Under the pieces are notes generated by a model. It saw only the letters and a program-made list of their open reading frames with translations. It did not search any database and had not been told where the DNA came from. The translations under genes and the position numbers were made by a program. A DNA stretch of 64,000 bases, from assembly GCA_017621415.1 (NCBI GenBank), contig JAGATD010000033.1, positions 5,852 to 69,851 on the forward strand, read 5' to 3'. This DNA comes from Clostridia bacterium. Its GTDB lineage: Bacteria > Bacillota > Clostridia > Oscillospirales > CAG-272. Shown here piece after piece: positions 62,724-64,000 of the stretch; positions within the stretch are counted from its first letter, which is position 1, and each line of letters begins with the position of its first letter.

Positions 62724-63496
62724 AAAAGCAGAGGAAAATAAGATATTATTCGAGCTTTAATGAGGATTTTGAAAAAACTAAAAACCAGGATTACAAGCTC
62801 CGCGCAAACTATGAATGGATACGTACAAGCAAAAGCCGGAAGCTATTTGATAATCTTTTATACGGCTTTGCGTGGTTAGTATCCGGGGTATGGTGCAGAC
62901 TGTTTCTCAGAATGAGAGTACACAAGAGTCCCGAGCTTTTCAATCACAGTGGCGGAGGGTTTATTTATGCAAACCACACTCAACCGGTAGGCGATGTTTT
63001 TATGCCAGCCCACACAACAGAGAGAAGGATAAGAACGGTTGTTTCGCCCTCGAATCTCGGAATACCGGTAATAGGAAAGCTTTTGCCATCCCTTGGAGCC
63101 TTGCCGATACCGAGCGACATTAAAAGGCTGAGGCTTCTTGAAAAGGCAATTGAGAAATACATAAGTGAAGACAATATAATCGCAATATACCCAGAGGGTC
63201 ATGTTTGGGAGTATTATAGCGGAGTAAGAGATTTCTCTAAGACTGCGTTTGGCTATCCTGTGAAAATGCAAAAAGCATCATATTCGCTAACTACTGTTTA
63301 CAAAAAGACAAAATATAGAAAAAAGCCTAAGATGCACTTGTATATTGACGGTCCTTTTTATCCCGATTGTTCTCTTCCTTTCAGGGAAAGAGCGGGAGAG
63401 CTTTGCGATAGAATACACAAGCGAATGGAAGAACGGTGCAAAGAGGGAGACTGCGAGTATATAAAGTACATATTCAGGAGTGAAAAAAGTGAATAA
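62720..63496 (+). CDS. PlsC-like acyltransferase
   Basis: 258 aa with an N-terminal hydrophobic segment, an ANHTQPVGD box (a variant of the H-x4-D box) and IYPEGH. Confidence 0.55.
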   Translation: MKKQRKIRYYSSFNEDFEKTKNQDYKLRANYEWIRTSKSRKLFDNLLYGFAWLVSGVWCRLFLRMRVHKSPELFNHSGGGFIYANHTQPVGDVFMPAHTTERRIRTVVSPSNLGIPVIGKLLPSLGALPIPSDIKRLRLLEKAIEKYISEDNIIAIYPEGHVWEYYSGVRDFSKTAFGYPVKMQKASYSLTTVYKKTKYRKKPKMHLYIDGPFYPDCSLPFRERAGELCDRIHKRMEERCKEGDCEYIKYIFRSEKSE

Positions 63497-64000
63497 TACA
63501 GAACAAAGAATTGAGAACATAAAAGAGGCTGTTGACCGCAGCGAGTTTGATGTATCGGTAGAGCCCGGCGACCCCGTGCTTTCGGCAGAAGAGAGGAAAA
63601 AGATAACGGAGGAGCATTTTGCGAAGCGCGGGTCCTTTTCACATAAAACTAAAACCTTTTTTGCCGAAAGGGCAGCGGACATTATAACGCTTTTTACGCA
63701 AAAGAATACCGAGATAATAAATGACTGCTTCGGGCTTCCCAAAGGAGCGATAATTACTATCAACCATTTCAGTCCTCTTGACAGCACGGTTGTGAGAAAA
63801 TATTTGAGGAAAAACGGCGGTGATAGACTCAACATAGTTGCAAGGGATAAAAATTTTGCTATGAAAGGCTATATCGGATTTCTTATGCGGTATACAAGAA
63901 CCATTCCCTTACCGGAGGAGCCGAGACAGCTCGCATCTTTATTCACACCTGAGGTTGAGCGTGTGCTGAAAGACGGAGAATATCTTCTGATATATCCAGA
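63489..64000 (+). CDS. PlsC-like acyltransferase, 5' part (runs off the window end)
   Basis: GTG at 63489 is 8 nt after AGGAG. The frame is open to 64000: VNNTEQRIENIKEAV...ITINHFSPLDSTVV (H-x4-D box)...GEYLLIYP. It is absent from the ORF track because there is no stop. Confidence 0.6.
   Translation, partial: MNNTEQRIENIKEAVDRSEFDVSVEPGDPVLSAEERKKITEEHFAKRGSFSHKTKTFFAERAADIITLFTQKNTEIINDCFGLPKGAIITINHFSPLDSTVVRKYLRKNGGDRLNIVARDKNFAMKGYIGFLMRYTRTIPLPEEPRQLASLFTPEVERVLKDGEYLLIYP

Noticed and set aside
1-64000. CRISPR arrays, IS elements or transposases, integrases, prophage genes, toxin-antitoxin pairs and recognisable defence systems
   Set aside because: I saw no direct-repeat arrays, terminal inverted repeats, or recombinase, nuclease or helicase-type ORFs. 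The only repeats are intragenic protein-module duplications and the short PE-codon repeat.

Overview
This is a 64-kb chromosomal segment from a spore-forming Firmicute. It looks Clostridia-like because it has dpaAB, a T-box leader, PyrK-type DHODH, a Re-citrate-synthase-like gene and many consensus sigma-A promoters; the taxon is inference only. I support about 53 protein-coding genes, 3 tRNAs (Val-Asp-Gly, minus strand), one Trp-specific T-box leader, one frameshifted gene and many promoter, operator and terminator motifs. I found no rRNA, CRISPR array, IS element or prophage.

Gene layout:
- 1-2.4 kb: citrate synthase, GntR regulator and aconitase operon (minus strand).
- 2.6-3.4 kb: two small lipoprotein genes.
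- 3.5-4.5 kb: trpS.
- 4.8-12.8 kb: GldA/GldF/GldG-like ABC-2 cluster with a duplicated GldG-like gene and a 1000-aa membrane-anchored protein.
- 12.9-17.4 kb: two paralogous trigger-factor-like extracytoplasmic proteins flanking rnhA.
- 17.5-19.1 kb: a micro-ORF plus dpaAB.
- 19.1-20.8 kb: T-box(Trp) leader and an orphan trpB.
- 20.8-30.9 kb: minus-strand pyr operon (pyrC-carB-pyrK-pyrD-pyrF-pyrE-pyrB) followed by a frameshifted AlaDH-family gene.
- 30.9-42.6 kb: the accessory-looking block. It holds a giant fused MacB/FtsX-type ABC transporter and an operon of unrecognised surface and cytoplasmic paralogues plus a 44-aa micro-ORF.
- 42.8-64 kb: housekeeping genes degV, rimM, trmD, ptsH, uvrC, rsmD, coaD, tRNAs, an acyl-CoA synthetase, tadA, a CPBP protease, rnr, secG, a TrmH-family methyltransferase, csoR-copA, and a GT8/GT8/acyltransferase/acyltransferase envelope cluster that runs off the window.

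The best candidate for an undescribed system is 30.9-38.9 kb. It encodes alpha/alpha-toroid paralogues inside and outside the cell, a shared two-module beta-rich cassette, and a micro-ORF that mimics the C-terminal tail of the large lipoprotein. The neighbouring giant ABC transporter may belong with it.

All family assignments come from motif recognition by eye. No database search was run.
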